Below, piece after piece: positions 24,701-62,052 of a stretch of 64,000 nucleotides of DNA. The stretch lies in the NCBI GenBank assembly GCA_951406725.2, contig OX597823.1, positions 62,248,001-62,312,000 on the forward strand. Reading direction: 5' to 3'. The position numbers and the translations under genes were made by a program. Every line of letters begins with the position of its first letter. The first letter of the stretch is position 1. This stretch comes from Octopus vulgaris. Lineage: Eukaryota. A model generated the notes under the pieces. That model was not told where the DNA came from, ran no database searches, and saw nothing but the letters and a program-made list of their open reading frames with translations.

Positions 24701-26612
24701 GTGGCTGTGTAGTAAGTAGCTATAGGTGCAGGAGCAGCTGTATGGTAAGTAGCTTGCTTACCAACCACATGGTTCCGGGTTCAATCCCACTGCGTGGCAC
24801 CTTGGGCAATTGTCTTCTACTATAGCCTCGGGCCGACCAAAGCCTTGTGAGTGGATTTGGTAGACAGAAACTGAAAGAAGCCCGTCATATATTTGTATAT
24901 GTGTGTGTATATGTTTGTGTGTCTGTGTTTGTCCCCCCCCAACATCACTTGACAACTGATGCTGGTGTGTTTATGTCCCCGTAACTTAGTGGTTCAGCAA
25001 AAGAGAACAATAGAATAAGTCCTGTGGTCGATTTGCTCGACTAAAGGTGGTGCTCCAGCATGGCTGCAGTCAAATGACTGAAACAAGTAAAAGAGTAAAT
25101 ATAATATGTGAGTGGACAGATAAAAGTAACACTCAGCACACTTGCTAGGATGTACATACATTTTTAAACACTAGTTTGATTCAACTCTGTATGACTTTAA
25201 GTTTTGTCAGTGTGTTGGAAGAACTCATTTCACCAGAAATCAGATATCTCCCAATATCTGATGAGATGGGTTCTTCCTATGTGCCCACAAAACTGTGTCA
25301 TATGGAAGTGGATCAAACTTTTAAAATACATATACATTACATACACACACACACACATATATATGCATATACGCACACACACATGCATATATATTTATAT
25401 GTGTGTATATATATATATAAATGGAGAATGGACGTTAAACGATGATGATATATATATATGTGTGCATACACACGCATACACATATATATCATCATCATAA
25501 TCGTTTAACGTCCGCTTTCCATGCTGGCATGGGTTTGACTGGGGACTGGTAAGCCAGATGACTGCATCAGGCTCCAATCTGATCTGGCAGAGTTTCTACA
25601 GCTTGATGCCCTTCCTAACGCCAGTCACTCCGAGAGTGTAGTAGGTGCTTTTACATGCCACCGGCAAAATGGCCAGTCAGGTGGTACTGGCAATGGCCAT
25701 GCTCAAATGGTGTTTATGTGTCACCTGCACAGGATCCAGTCCAGTGGCACTGGCAACGCCCTTGCTCGAATGTTGTTTTTCATGTACCACTGGCACAAGT
25801 GCCAGTAAGGTGACGCTGGTAACGATCACGCTCGAATGGTGCTTTTTACGTGCCACCAGAACGGGGGCCAGTCAGCAGCCCTGGCAACGATCACGCTTGG
25901 ATGGTGCTCTTAGAGCTTCACTAGCACGGATGCCAGCCATGCGGTGCTATCATCAAATTTGATTTTGATTTCACTTGCCTCAACAGGTCCTATATATATG
26001 TATTACACATACATATGTACATATTGTGTGTGTATTTAAAAGTTTTTTGCCCAAAAAATACTTGATACACTCACAATATTTTTAAAAACTTTTCATAAAA
26101 GTTAACTATTTTAAAAAGATCATTTTTGAAGAATACAATGTAACAAACATTTTGGAGAGAAGTTTTCATATTGTGTTTATTGTAAGTACTCTCACTGTTC
26201 AACCTTTACATGTATATGTGTGTGTGTGTGCAATGTGTGTATATATTGTGTTTGTGCATGTTTTTGTACACAAACATGAGAACCACCAGTTATAAAAAGT
26301 CTGTTGACTACTCTCAGCCATTTTCAAGTTCCAGTTGCAATATATTTATTTTTGTATCTTGAAAAGTAGAATGTGTACTTTGCAGTAATCTTACCCTTTG
26401 TTTTCTTTCATACAAGAAATCAATAATATTCTTCAGTTTCAGTACATATTTTCATTTACCTTTTTCTTATCTTCCATTTGATAGAAACTTGTCCCAAGTG
26501 TGAGCATGGACGAGCCTATTTCATGCAGATTCAGACTCGGTCAGCTGATGAACCTATGACAACATTTTACAAATGCTGTAATGTAGAGTGTGCACACCGA
26601 TGGAAAGACTGA
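17136..26612 (+). CDS. POLR3K: DNA-directed RNA polymerase III subunit RPC10/RPC11, 108 aa; join(17136..17246,23016..23103,26485..26612)
   Basis: 327 nt in frame: [108 protein letters not shown]. Two zinc ribbons and the TFIIS-like [10 protein letters not shown] motif. Confidence 0.98.
19092..19638. repeat. Inverted repeat (about 190-bp arms, 155-bp spacer) in POLR3K intron 1; each arm carries a degenerate hammerhead
   Basis: Arms 19092-19288 and 19444-19638; consensus cttt-CTGTAGA-A-GAGC-gtag-GCTC-(G)AAA-CG-TA-aaag at 19192..19227(-) and 19506..19541(+); TA repeats at both outer ends. Confidence 0.85.
19870..20600 (-). mobile_element. RTE-LINE 3' relic with family-C tail
   Basis: (CAT)n tail plus TTCCATGCTGGCAT..GGTTGGA motif shared with family C, followed by degenerate RTE C-terminal sequence. 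Confidence 0.55.
23016..23103 (+). CDS. POLR3K: POLR3K coding exon 2
   Basis: tttag / GTAGGT borders, 88 nt, [15 protein letters not shown] motif. Confidence 0.97.
24693..25100 (+). mobile_element. tRNA-derived SINE family A
   Basis: Head GGAGTGGCTGTGTGGTAAG...GGTTC(A)ATCCC (A/B boxes), ACCTTGGGCAA core, internal (TA/TG)n, tail GAAACAAGTAAAAGAG. Other copies at about 9305-9640, 10040-10400, 11205-11390(-), 21600-21985, 34400-34775. Confidence 0.85.
26485..26612 (+). CDS. POLR3K: POLR3K coding exon 3 (stop TGA)
   Basis: gatag acceptor, CPKC...[21 protein letters not shown]. Confidence 0.97.
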
Positions 26613-26648
26613 AGGTTCTGCTATAATTTTACTTTTGTATATTTTGTA

Positions 26649-26654
26649 AATAAA
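26649..26654 (+). terminator. Candidate polyadenylation signal of POLR3K
   Basis: AATAAA about 36 nt after the stop, followed by a T-rich tract. Confidence 0.55.
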
Positions 26655-27636
26655 CTATTTTCATGAAACTTATCTTTTTATTACTTTGTTAGCAGCATGG
26701 AAAATTTGAAGTTGAATAGCAGTGGTTCTGATATACACCTTTGCTTAACCAGTATTTAAACCAATCAAATCCAGCCCAAATAATCTACCTGTTTTATGTT
26801 CAAACTGACCAGATTCAGTTTCTGACACTATCTTTTGATGTCATTCTAAAAATAAACAACCACACCATCAAAATTTTAAAGGCATGAGATAATGCTTGAT
26901 TAATTCAAAGTAGTGTGACAGATTAATCTGGAGATTCTCAGTTCATTTCTGAAAGTTATAGTTGCATATTCTGGTGAAGCTATCATGCTCTGAAGGCCTT
27001 CTTCCAGCAGGCACTGTACCTTACTTTTAAGAAATTTCCCTTAACATTAATCTATACCTTTGTAGTGGGGATTCAATTCTGAATCCGTGGATATGTGATC
27101 AGATATCATGAGCAAACCACCATAATTTCACATTGTTGGTGTATTAACCAACCAATCTATGTGGACAGAGTTTTCTCTAACATTCTAGAATTTGGCTTCT
27201 GGTCCCCTATAAAAACCATTCAGGGCACATTTCTACAGCCTGATGGCCCAGTACAGATGAATCAGACAGATGACCAAGAACTTCCATTGTCATGAAGATA
27301 GCACAATTGATTTCAGATACATGTTAGGTAAACCTCCACACTGTAATAAGAATAATACCATTGTTAAAAAAGTGTTACATAAAAAATTTAACTGAGTGAA
27401 AGCATGCTTTCAGATTAGAATTCAAACTATTTCCAATTCTTTACTGAACTTAACTCCACCTACTAAACTATTTGATACTGTCAGAATATTTTTAAAAAAG
27501 ATTTTCATAAAAGCTAACTATTTTAAAAATATCATTTTTGAAAAACAGAATGTCACAAACATTTTGGAAAGAAATCTTCATATTGTGTTTATTGTAAGTG
27601 CTCTCATTGTTCAACCATTACATATATATATATATG

Positions 27637-27687
<51 letters not shown>

Positions 27688-30600
27688 AAGCACTGCAATC
27701 TTTGTCTTGCTAGAATCCTACCACATGGTGAAAGGAATTACACATTGCATTATGGTTATATCTAGAACAATGGTAATATACAGCCTGACATGCAGATACA
27801 TACCAAAATTTGGAGACAGTTACTTTACATAAAATAGTTGGTGTCTTACCATCTCATTAGAATTGATTATTATTAAACAAATTGACGATTCATTTGAATG
27901 CCAACATTTTATTTTATCATCATCAACAGCATCATTTAAAATTCACATTTTCTTTGCTTGCTAAGGTCAGACTTGTGCATTTTAAATTAAGCAAGATACT
28001 TTGATGCTGATTAATTTGGTTTATATTTTATGGACAACTTAAAGCGGTTAAATGGAATTAGATATCTATGGAATTGAATATTTGAAAAATTAGATGCAAT
28101 TTGCTCCAAACCAGCCAAAATACTCTGAAGACGTCAATCAACTAACTACATAACTGGGTTTTTTTTTCACATTTTGAAGATTCATCTTTGTTTTGATATT
28201 TGCAAGTCATAGGAAGCAGGTATTCAGAAGAAAGTGAACTGGTTGCCAGAAAGTAGAAGTCTTTAACTGGAAACACTGCTTAAAAAGAATTGTGTTGTTT
28301 TGGAAGAAGATGAGTTCAAAGAAATACAACTGTGTACTAAGTTTTGTGAAGACTCAGTTTGTTTGAACTGTGTTTCAAAGAAAGCTAAGAACACTGAGAA
28401 TCAAAAGCCGTTTCAACTCGCTTGTTTGTCCTCAGACTTAGTTGAGGTTCATTATAACACATGCCTTTGTCTTACAGACTTTTAAAAAGAAAATTCTTAC
28501 TAATTGATTCGAAGAAGTATATTTAGAGATCATAAACTGGCATGAGATTCTAGGTCCATTTTGCCTCCTATTCCTGATTTCTTTTAATTTTTTTTTTTTT
28601 ACTTGTTAGGTCTGGGGGAAAGGGACAGTGCCTAAGATTCTTTTGAATGCCCTCATAAATTGGTGACATTGATGCCATTAACGTTTGTAAAACAACTATT
28701 ACAGGGAAAATATGAGAAGGAGGGCTTTCCAGAAGATCAATGTTCTAAGGAGAAGGGATCAAGTGTCATTAGTGGGGAGTCTGGACACAACAATGGGGAT
28801 AAGAAGAGTAGGAGCAGTGTGGGTAGCATAAAGCCTGCTAGCTCCAAGGAGCAAAGGCATCATCCTAGTGATAGAAAGGGAAGAGAAGACTGCATGTCTG
28901 TAGACCAGAGGATGGAACGTGCCTGACTCGAGAAGTTATCAGAGAAACAATAAATGCATCATGTAAGGTTATTGGTTTCAGAGGATTTGAGGAGTTTATT
29001 GCAAACCACAAGTGAAGGTGTGTGGCTTAATGGTTAGGGTATTCGGCTCACAACCGTGTGGTCGTGAGTTCAATTCCTGGCAATGTGTTATGTCCTTGAG
29101 CAAGATATTTTATTTTACGTTGCTCCGGTTGGGGTACATAGAATAAAATAAAATATGTCATGAAATGAAATATGTATAATGAATTATATGGAATGTTTAC
29201 AAGCCCCCCCAAAACTCGTAAAATCATTTAAAATACAGTTCTGTTATACTGGGCGTTATTAGAAATTGACGAATTTGTTACGTAATATTTTATCTACAAA
29301 TGTTAAGTCATTTATGACGTGTTCCGTTTCCAGCTTGAGAAAATTTAATTTTTATAAACGTTGCTTATAGATACGATTTTTAAAACCGGGAAGGCGTTTG
29401 CTTGAAGCGTTTTAAGACTCTTCAACGAATTCTATAATACCAATCAGATATGGAAACTAGAGAATATATTCAAAAGAAGTAAAAAGCATAACACATGTTT
29501 TATACGAGTGGCTAAGAAACTGAATATTTCTTTATTTTTCTTTTAAGGCTTTAAAGGTACATACGACTTCATGCTTAACTAACGAGGTTAGAAATACGAT
29601 TAATGAATTTTAAAACACCATGAATAATAGCACCCAAGTCCATTTTGCTCTCCACAAGGATAATGAATCATTTGAAGAGAAATGGTGTTACTTAAAACAT
29701 TTAGAATAATAAAAAAAAACCCAGTAGCAACGCATTTGTTGAGAGAGAGAGAGAATTAATGGTTTCAGATTTTAGCACAAGGCCAGCAATTTCGGGGAAG
29801 TGGGTAAATTGATTTCATCAATCCCATTGTTCAACTGTTACTTATTTTATCGACTCTGAAAGGATGAAAGACAAAGTCGACCTCCGCGGGTTTTGAACTC
29901 TGAATTTAAAGACGGACAAAATACTGCAAGGTATTTTATCCGGCGTACTAAAGATTCTGGCAACCCACCGTTTTTGCTATATCTGAAATATTATAATTTA
30001 TTTGCATTTTAATATTACCAGTATAAACGGCGTCAAGTTTTATAATAGTTGTCTCTCGCTTTCCCCATTCGTAATGTAAAAAAAAAAAAAAAACAAGATA
30101 TGGAAGTGGTCGGTAAAAGTGTGAAAAATTGAAATCTTGGGGAACAATTTTTCTCAAAATTGCAATATCCATTGCGGAAAACGAGAATTACTGGCAAAAA
30201 AGAACGTAAGCGAACTGCTCTTTTCTTTTTCCATGAGGTATAATTCTTCGAAGACAGCTATTTCAAAACTTCACCCTTAAATGCTGGAATTTACACTTTA
30301 CACATTTGTCTACGTATAAATCGATAGTTCAATCACACTGCCTTGAGGAACTCCAGAAGTTACAGCTAACCAGTTAGGAAATTTAACTCCGAGTTTGTCA
30401 CAATGTAAGCATTGAGAGGTAATTTTTGAAAAATTCCAAATGGCGTTTGAATCTTCTAAAATAGTAAGTGGAAACTTGCTACGGAGCGAGCGGACAGCAG
30501 AAGAAACACTTCAAGCAAGTGTTTCGAATCCTTAATTCCTGACATTCTAAGGTCTCGTGTTCACTTACACCATGACTCTTACGTGCCCTCCAGTTGGTTT

Positions 30601-30859
30601 TGAAATACCACATTTAATGGGAATTGAACACGAAACCTTCGGGTAATCTTATTTCCCTGGACTTTGTGAATAACGCTCGAACACGACAAGAACTTGCTTT
30701 GTGGATCTATTTCAAACTGGGAATTCCTTCCTACTATGTTTGACAGCTTGCAGTATTTCTTTTCAATTTCAGCTATCGTTTCTCTTTGCCCATAACTGAG
30801 CTCTTTTCGGCTCTCCTTGACAGACATTTCATCGTCACTGCATTTCTTTTTTTTTTTTT

Positions 30860-31220
30860 GCGAATTTTGATTCCGAGAGCTGATCTAGTTGTTGGCACAC
30901 GTAGTTTGCGATAAACTCGCACGCGTCGACTTCTACTGCCTGTGCTGTGCAACAGTACTTTCCTTTTGTCAGTTCTTTCGCTAGATCATATTTCGATGTT
31001 CATCTACTTGGTCTCATAAGGAACTACCAGCTCGATGATTCTGGCGCCTGATTTCAACCATAGGACATCTGGTGTCTGTCTTTTTTTTTTTTTTTTTTTT
31101 TTGCTGATGAACTATGCTTTTGAGAGATACAGGTTGGTAAGAAATGGAACAATCCGAAGATTATTCGTCGTTGGAACGATAATGATGTAGCTTCCAATCA
31201 TGTTTGTAACTGAATCCATG
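30860..31220 (-). mobile_element. Relic of an RLE-encoding non-LTR retrotransposon (HERO/NeSL/R2-group)
   Basis: Disrupted translation TPDVLW...IIELVVPYE...KYDL...AVEVDACEFIA matches the PD..ELTVPWE..KY..L..VEVG.RGF restriction-like endonuclease. Confidence 0.6.
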
Positions 31221-31297
31221 TTAGAAAGTGTTTAGCAACATTATCTCCGAGTTTGTCACAATGTAAGCATTGAGAGGTCATTTTTGAAATTTAGCAA

Positions 31298-31533
31298 AAG
31301 GCGGCGAGCTGGCAGAAACGTTAGCACGCCGGGCGAAATGCGTAGCCGTATTTCGTCTGCCGTTACGTTCTGAGTTCAAATTCCGCCGAGGTCAACTTTG
31401 CCTTTCATCCTTTCGGGGTCGATTAAATAAGTACCAGTTACGCACTGGGGTCGATGAAATCGACTTAATCCGTTTGTCTGTCCTTGTTTGTCCCCTCTAT
31501 GTTTAGCCCCTTGTGGACTATAAAGAAATAAGA
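31298..31533 (+). mobile_element. SINE family B (young copy)
   Basis: AAGGCGGCGAGCTGGCAGAA...GAGTTCAAATTCC (B box)...GGGGTCGAT...AAAGAAATAAG. Other copies at about 5650-5930, 6088-6280, 6983-7165, 10758-10950, 29760-29975(-), 38330-38970 (split). Confidence 0.85.
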
Positions 31534-33013
31534 AAGTGTTTTGCAACATATGTGCTACATCCAGCATTATGTTCTCGAGCAAAATAATTTCAAATAAGTT
31601 ACAGAAATGTCATGTTTGCAGTACAGGGTGTCCTTACGGGAGCCCTTTTTGCAAAGAGGTATGACAATAAAATTACGCAAGATATCAGGTAAATATTTCA
31701 TTGTCTAGAATTTTTCTAAATAGAAATGTAATTTTTAAAGGCTTGCTAAATTCAGAACTTAAAGTGCTTATTGATCACAAGTGGAATATTATCTGATCAG
31801 CAGGTATATATATTTTTATACGTGATAGCATGGAATTTAATCGCATCAGTAATGAATATGTGTCGTTCATACAAGCAGTAGTTTGTGAACAGATACAGTT
31901 AAAATATTAGAATTACACGTATTGAGGTAAAGCTTGGCTAAGAGCATTTACTTTCTAAACATTATCATAGATAATTTCACATACGTTACTGGGCTTTATA
32001 GATGGTGTAGATGTGTTATGTTTGAGTTTCGTAGTTATATAGAGGAAAATTCTCTTAGAGTCTTTAGATTTTAAAATAATTTTTTTCTTATATTCTGTTG
32101 TGTCTGGGGAGAGTCATTTTCTTTTTGTGCCGTATAATGTAACACACACTCACCGGTAAAATTTCCCCTTATTTCTTATTTTTATTTAGATGCTTCTTAT
32201 AAAGGAACCAAGTTCGTTTTTGTAGTTTCCTTGTATAGAAGCGAATAGATTAATTTTAAACTTTTTCCAAGGATTATCTTGCTTCTTTGCTAATGGATCA
32301 CGATCATTATTTTGCGAATTCCCGCTATAAACCTTACATCTGTAAAGATATGATTTTTCACAAACGTCAAAATTTAAAGATGTTGCGCGAGGAATTGAGG
32401 GAATGTCATAGGGGAGATTTAAATGGTGAGGTTGTTGTCCAGACTAAGAGAACCGTCTCACTTCTCAATTCAGATTCAGAGAACTAGAATTTCCCAATCA
32501 GTATAACAACAAACTACATTTTCAGTCAAATAGTTTGTATTAGTTTGTTTACATTCATTCTTGTTAATTTAATGAAGTTTCAGACTTAATCTCAGAGGGC
32601 AACACAAATCCTTAAGCAATCATTCGTGAAACGGAATCCCGGCTTTCTGGACGTATAAACGAATCAGTTTTTCTCCAATGTTCTGTATTGCTTACTTATG
32701 TGAAATGGTTCGTGGAAAGGGAGTTTTATAATTTTTTTTTATTTCTATTCATTTCAATTATTCCTAATCATTTCAAAAAGCTTCAACAAACTTTATCAAT
32801 ATGAGGTAGACTTGTTTTTGAAGTCATTAAACTGATATCTTATAATAATAAGTCTATATTATCTAAATCCCGCGAAAAAAAGCGGTTATTTTCAAGTCTT
32901 ATGGTCTCAGTGGCGTCACATTACGTATTTTGCATCGACATCATTCTTTCTTAGAAAGTTACTATTTGGAAATCTCACAACGAGAGATATTCAGCAACAG
33001 TACTTTGGAGTAA

Positions 33014-33360
33014 AGATTTTTGCCAACATAACATGGCAGTACTGGTTTAGGACGAATGTTGCTGTGATTTAGCCCTAGGTAACATCGTATCCATCTGGCT
33101 ATATGACATGATCTGTATCCTTACGTTTTTCGAACAAGGGAATCTAGCACCCCCACTCAGCTCAAAACAATATCTGTGTATCGGAAATCGCGATACACAG
33201 ATATTGTTTTGAGCTGAGTAGGGGTGCTAGATTCCCTTGTTCGAAAAATGTAAGGACACAGATCGTGTCGTATAGCCAGCTGGAGACGATGTTTTCTGGG
33301 GTTAAATTGCAGCAACATTCGTCCTAAACCAGGACTGCTTTGTTGTGTTGGAAAAAAATC
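33014..33360. repeat. Foldback palindrome / MITE (about 170-bp arms, 7-bp spacer)
   Basis: Arms 33014-33183 and 33191-33360 are reverse complements, near-perfect at the centre. Confidence 0.9.
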
Positions 33361-34552
33361 GTCGTTCTTTCTGTTCAAATATATTCAATTGTCAAATGGT
33401 TTCGCTCTCAAATATAACAGTAGCTAGTGCAAGGAAACGGAAAATATAAAGAGGAAGGTGATGAAAATAACAAAAGATTTGCTGAAACCTTCACACAGTG
33501 CAGCAGCTAATTAATTTTGTTCTATGAGGTATTTCAGTTATTCAATTCAGTCCCTTTGACTACTTAAAAGAACTGATTTTGTAAATGGATGTATTATTAA
33601 AAGGAAAAACAAAGCATTTTCAGTCAAGAAAACAATCAATTCTGCTGTTTGTAAGAAAAATATATTATTTTACACTTAAATATTTGATGATATATAACAT
33701 TAGAAAAAGAAAAGTCATGGAAACATTCTTTATAGTGAGTAAAAAGAACTCACTAGAACTTATCATTTACCACTTTGTTTAGGAATAAAAAAGTTTGGGC
33801 TGTGATATTTTACTATATTATGGAGAAAATTATTATTAAAAAAAAAACGATTTCCTTTGACATTCATCATCTGCCATACACATATCCCCAAATATGCAAA
33901 CTTTTATATGGCTACTCAGCTTAGCAGAAATAGTAGCCAAGTATTCTTCAAATTAGCCAGAAAGACGCATTATAATGATGAAGACAGAACCTTGATTAGA
34001 AACACTGTTTATGGAGAAGTTTGTAAACATTGCACAATGTATATATTGAGTTTGTAGAATATATAATAAATGTTTTTCAAAATACACATTTTTAGTTAAA
34101 CAGCACTAAAAGATTACTTTTTAAACCTACATCTATTTTTCTGAAAATGAAAGTAGAGATAAAGTTAATAACTTCCTAATTCGTCAAATGTATCCAAATT
34201 GAATATATAGGTAGTATTTTAAATGGACAAACAATTTAAATTTTACCATTTTACCATGTTGCCGTCACCCTTCACTAGCAAATTGCTGTGAAGCGATGGC
34301 ATAGAGTCCGGTCTTATAAAATTGCGATGAATTAAAAAATATAAGATGGCGTGAGTTCATAAGAACTCTATACATCTGGAAGGTGCAGCAGAATTTTATT
34401 TGGCTATGTAGTAAGAAGCTTGCTTCCCAGCCACATTGTTCCGGGTTCAGTCCCACTGCGTGGCACCTTGGGTGTCTTCTACTATGCCTCGACCAAAGCT
34501 TTGTAAGTGTTTGGTGAGCGGAAACTGAAAGAGTCCGTTGTATATATATGTA

Positions 34553-34583
<31 letters not shown>

Positions 34584-35024
34584 AATATATCTGTGTGTGT
34601 GATTCTCTCCGCCTCTTGACAACCGGTGTTGGTATTTTTACGTCCCATTCACTTAGCTGTCGGCAAAAGAGACAGAAAGAATAAGTACCAGGCTTTTAAA
34701 AAAAATAAGTATTAGAGCCAATTCACTCGACTAAAATCCTTCAAGGCGGTGCTCCAGCATGGCCGAAGTCATTGGCTTTTAAAATCATTATGTCTTTGTA
34801 TGTAGTTCACAATTTTAAGTAGACTTCGTGTGAAGACAAGAATGACAATATAAGCAGAATGCACTACAATTCAGGGTTGGTACCTTTTATTGAAGAGAAT
34901 ATACGAATGTTAAGTAAGAAAAGTGAATGGGAGCGAAAAGGCCAACTTATTGAGCAAAGTGACGAGTTTTGTGTGGATTGTTTGCGGATCACTAGTTCGT
35001 AGTTTTGTGTGGATTGTTCGTAGC

Positions 35025-35079
<55 letters not shown>

Positions 35080-36204
35080 CCATCTTTTTATAACCGTAAG
35101 CTAAATTTTCCAGAACCTTCGAGGAAGTTATTTGGTAGGAATAGTCGCACGCTTCCTTCGAAATTCGTCGCATCAGTCATAACAATGCTGATTAGTTGAG
35201 CTATATTGACGTAGGAGTTAATGCCTATTATGACGACATATTGCCGTTTATGGCGATATGGTAGGTCGTTGTCTGGAATTGGGAAAATCTGAGAGTGATG
35301 ATTCAAAACTCATCAGAAGCTTTGCTAATTGAAGATAAAGCAGATTAAGATTGTGATGAATGAAGAAGAAAAATTATGTAGGCGGTGTTAAAATTATAAC
35401 TTTTTTGACGATGGCTGATTGAATGAATCATCAGACTGTTGAAAAAATACATTATATTATTCAGCAGTGTGACGTAAGGAATACTGACTGCACAGAGAGG
35501 ATTCTTTGGGAGTGGAGGTCGTGGGAAATTTTAGAAGAGGTTGGCATTACGTTTAAGGAAGGGATTGGTCAATTTGGCTGTCACACAGAGCGGAAAACAA
35601 CCCACGCTATATCACTGGCCGCATTTATTCCAGCTCGAGTTCAAATCCCGCCGAGTCAATCTAATTGATTATTCCCTTCTGATCTCGTGCCAATTTTCTG
35701 ATTTCGTGCCAATTTTAGAAAACAATAAAGAAGAGGGACATACTTTTGTGGTGGGGAGGCCTGTTGGTTTTTGTCAGTTTGGAAGCTCCTGGATTAAACT
35801 ATTCAAGGCGGTGCCCAGTTTGGTTGCACTTCAATAACAGAAACCAGGAGAGAGAAAAAATACTGCTTACACAATCGCAAACCGAACACATGTTTCCTTT
35901 TTCCCACTAAAATTTGTGGGATATTGTAGTAAAGGAGAAATATTTATAGTTACAGCAACAGTTTCGAGTAGGCGAAAATAAAGAATAACCATTTAAGCGA
36001 ACCAAAATCGCATGCTTTGAATTTATGATTACCGGTGCTCTTGGGAAATGAATGAATTTGTCAATCTACATGTATATAAATAACACAAAAAACATTTACT
36101 TGTGTATGTATGTATGTATGTATGTATGTATGTATGTATGTATGCATGCATGAGTTAGTGAGAAAAAGTGGAAAAGTACAATAGACAGACAGTCAGATAG
36201 AGAG

Positions 36205-36274
<70 letters not shown>

Positions 36275-36847
36275 TACATCCACGCACAGTCTCTAAGGAT
36301 GGGTGTTCTGAACATATGTAAATCAGAACACTTTTTGTTTTGCAAAAAAACACAAACGTTCATGATCCCCCTTACATTAAATATATATCTATGCTCAGGC
36401 AACAGTCGTGCCATGAAATATTTAGATTTCATTTAAGGGAAGCATATAATTAAATAAAATATCACTTTAAATAGAATGCCACATTATATCTACTAAAGCG
36501 GTCGCTATCAGCTGGACTACTCCGTTTTCGTTAATATAGCTCTTATATTTTTTAACCTTTCGAATGCCATACTTTTAATTTTGTGTGTGTAACAAAACAA
36601 AAACAGGCAATTATGTTGAACACTGTGAAGATAATTCAAACAACTTTTTGTTTTTGATGATTGAATAAATCGTCGTTCATACCTATCAATATATTATTTT
36701 ACTTTTTTTTTCTGCAATAACACACTTCAATAACTGCAGTAGAATTTGCACACCTATATACATTCATTAATATATTTAACGTAATATTCATTTGATAGTA
36801 ACTATTCTGTGATCCACAGAAAAGTAACAAAACTTCAAATTTAAAGA

Positions 36848-60853
<24,006 letters not shown>

Positions 60854-60989
60854 TGATTTTTCAGTAATAAAATGTATTTCTTTAACATAATTTATCTGAA
60901 TGTCTTGCTTGTTTATTTTTGCTTCAATTCTCCTCTTAACTAGATCGAGCATATATGCTACGCAATAAGCAGAAAAAGGAAGACAATAT

Positions 60990-61460
60990 AGGAGGGATAA
61001 GTTTTAACAACTGTTGTGTAGTTTTAACGCTCAAAGGGAGAGGAAAGCCCTTCGATATTTTGGACGTTAGTCCTTCATCAAAAGAATTAAAAAAATTAGA
61101 GAGTGAGAAAAGATCGTAATAAAATTAAAAGCAAGAGTGAGAGAGAGAAAGAGAGAAACAGAATAAAGATTAATAAAGGTATATTAAATTTAAATAAAGA
61201 TTAATAAAGGTAAATTAAATTAAATTTTTTTTTTATTGAAGTTATCTTCTCTTCAAGAGATAATTTTGAGTATCAGAATTCCTCCGAAGGTGATATGACA
61301 TTAAGGAAAAGATATGATCATCTGGGAACAGGAGAAGAGCTATTGAACACGTGTTTCTGCCTCAGTAAACATCACCAGAACAGCCATTGCCCCTCCTGGG
61401 CTCCAGCGTCTACGTGGTTTGGATATATGCAAGAAGGATAGAAGACATTTGTATAGAAAT
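60990..61460 (-). mobile_element. Penelope-like element 3' relic (ORF end plus degenerate hammerhead at 61050..61084)
   Basis: Minus strand reads REDNFNKKKF...PLLN (like the RE..FI.KF.P.LN end of PLE GIY-YIG ORFs), followed by TTGATGA-A-GGAC-taac-GTCC-AAAA-TA-TC-gaag. Confidence 0.45.
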
Positions 61461-61735
61461 GGTATTGGTTTATATCATAAATCTACTGCAGATATTTAAT
61501 TGATATTACAGCAGTATATTTAACTTAACCTTACCACTGTTCGCCTTACTACCCCAGGACTTATTTTTTGTAAGCATTGTACTTATTCTATCGGTCTCTT
61601 TCTGCCGAACCGCTAAGTTACGGGGACGTAAACACACCAGTTGGGGGGGGGGGAGACAAACACAGACACACAAACATATACACACACACATACGTATATA
61701 TATATGAAAGAAGCCCATCGTATATATGCATGTGA

Positions 61736-61787
<52 letters not shown>

Positions 61788-62025
61788 GTATGTGTGTGTA
61801 TATGTTTGTGTGTCTGTGTTTGCCCCCCTCCCCAACTGGTGTGTTTACGTCCCCGTAACTTAGCGGTTCGACAGAAAGAGACCGATAGAATAAGTACAAT
61901 GCTTACAAAGAATCAGTCCTGGAGTAGTAAGGCGAACAGTGGTAAGGTTAAGTTAAATATACTGCTGTAATATCAATTAAATATCTGCAATAGATTTATG
62001 ATATAAACCAATACCATTTCTATAT
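61452..62025. repeat. Inverted duplication (about 250-bp arms) centred on (TA)n
   Basis: 61452-61705 versus 61780-62025; each arm is flanking sequence plus the 3' half of SINE family A. Confidence 0.9.
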
Positions 62026-62052
62026 ATACATACATATATACATACATATATA

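Noticed and set aside
25640-25940. CRISPR-like array of about 60-bp repeats
   Set aside because: Diverged internal minisatellite of repeat family C with no unique spacers, in a eukaryotic context without cas genes.
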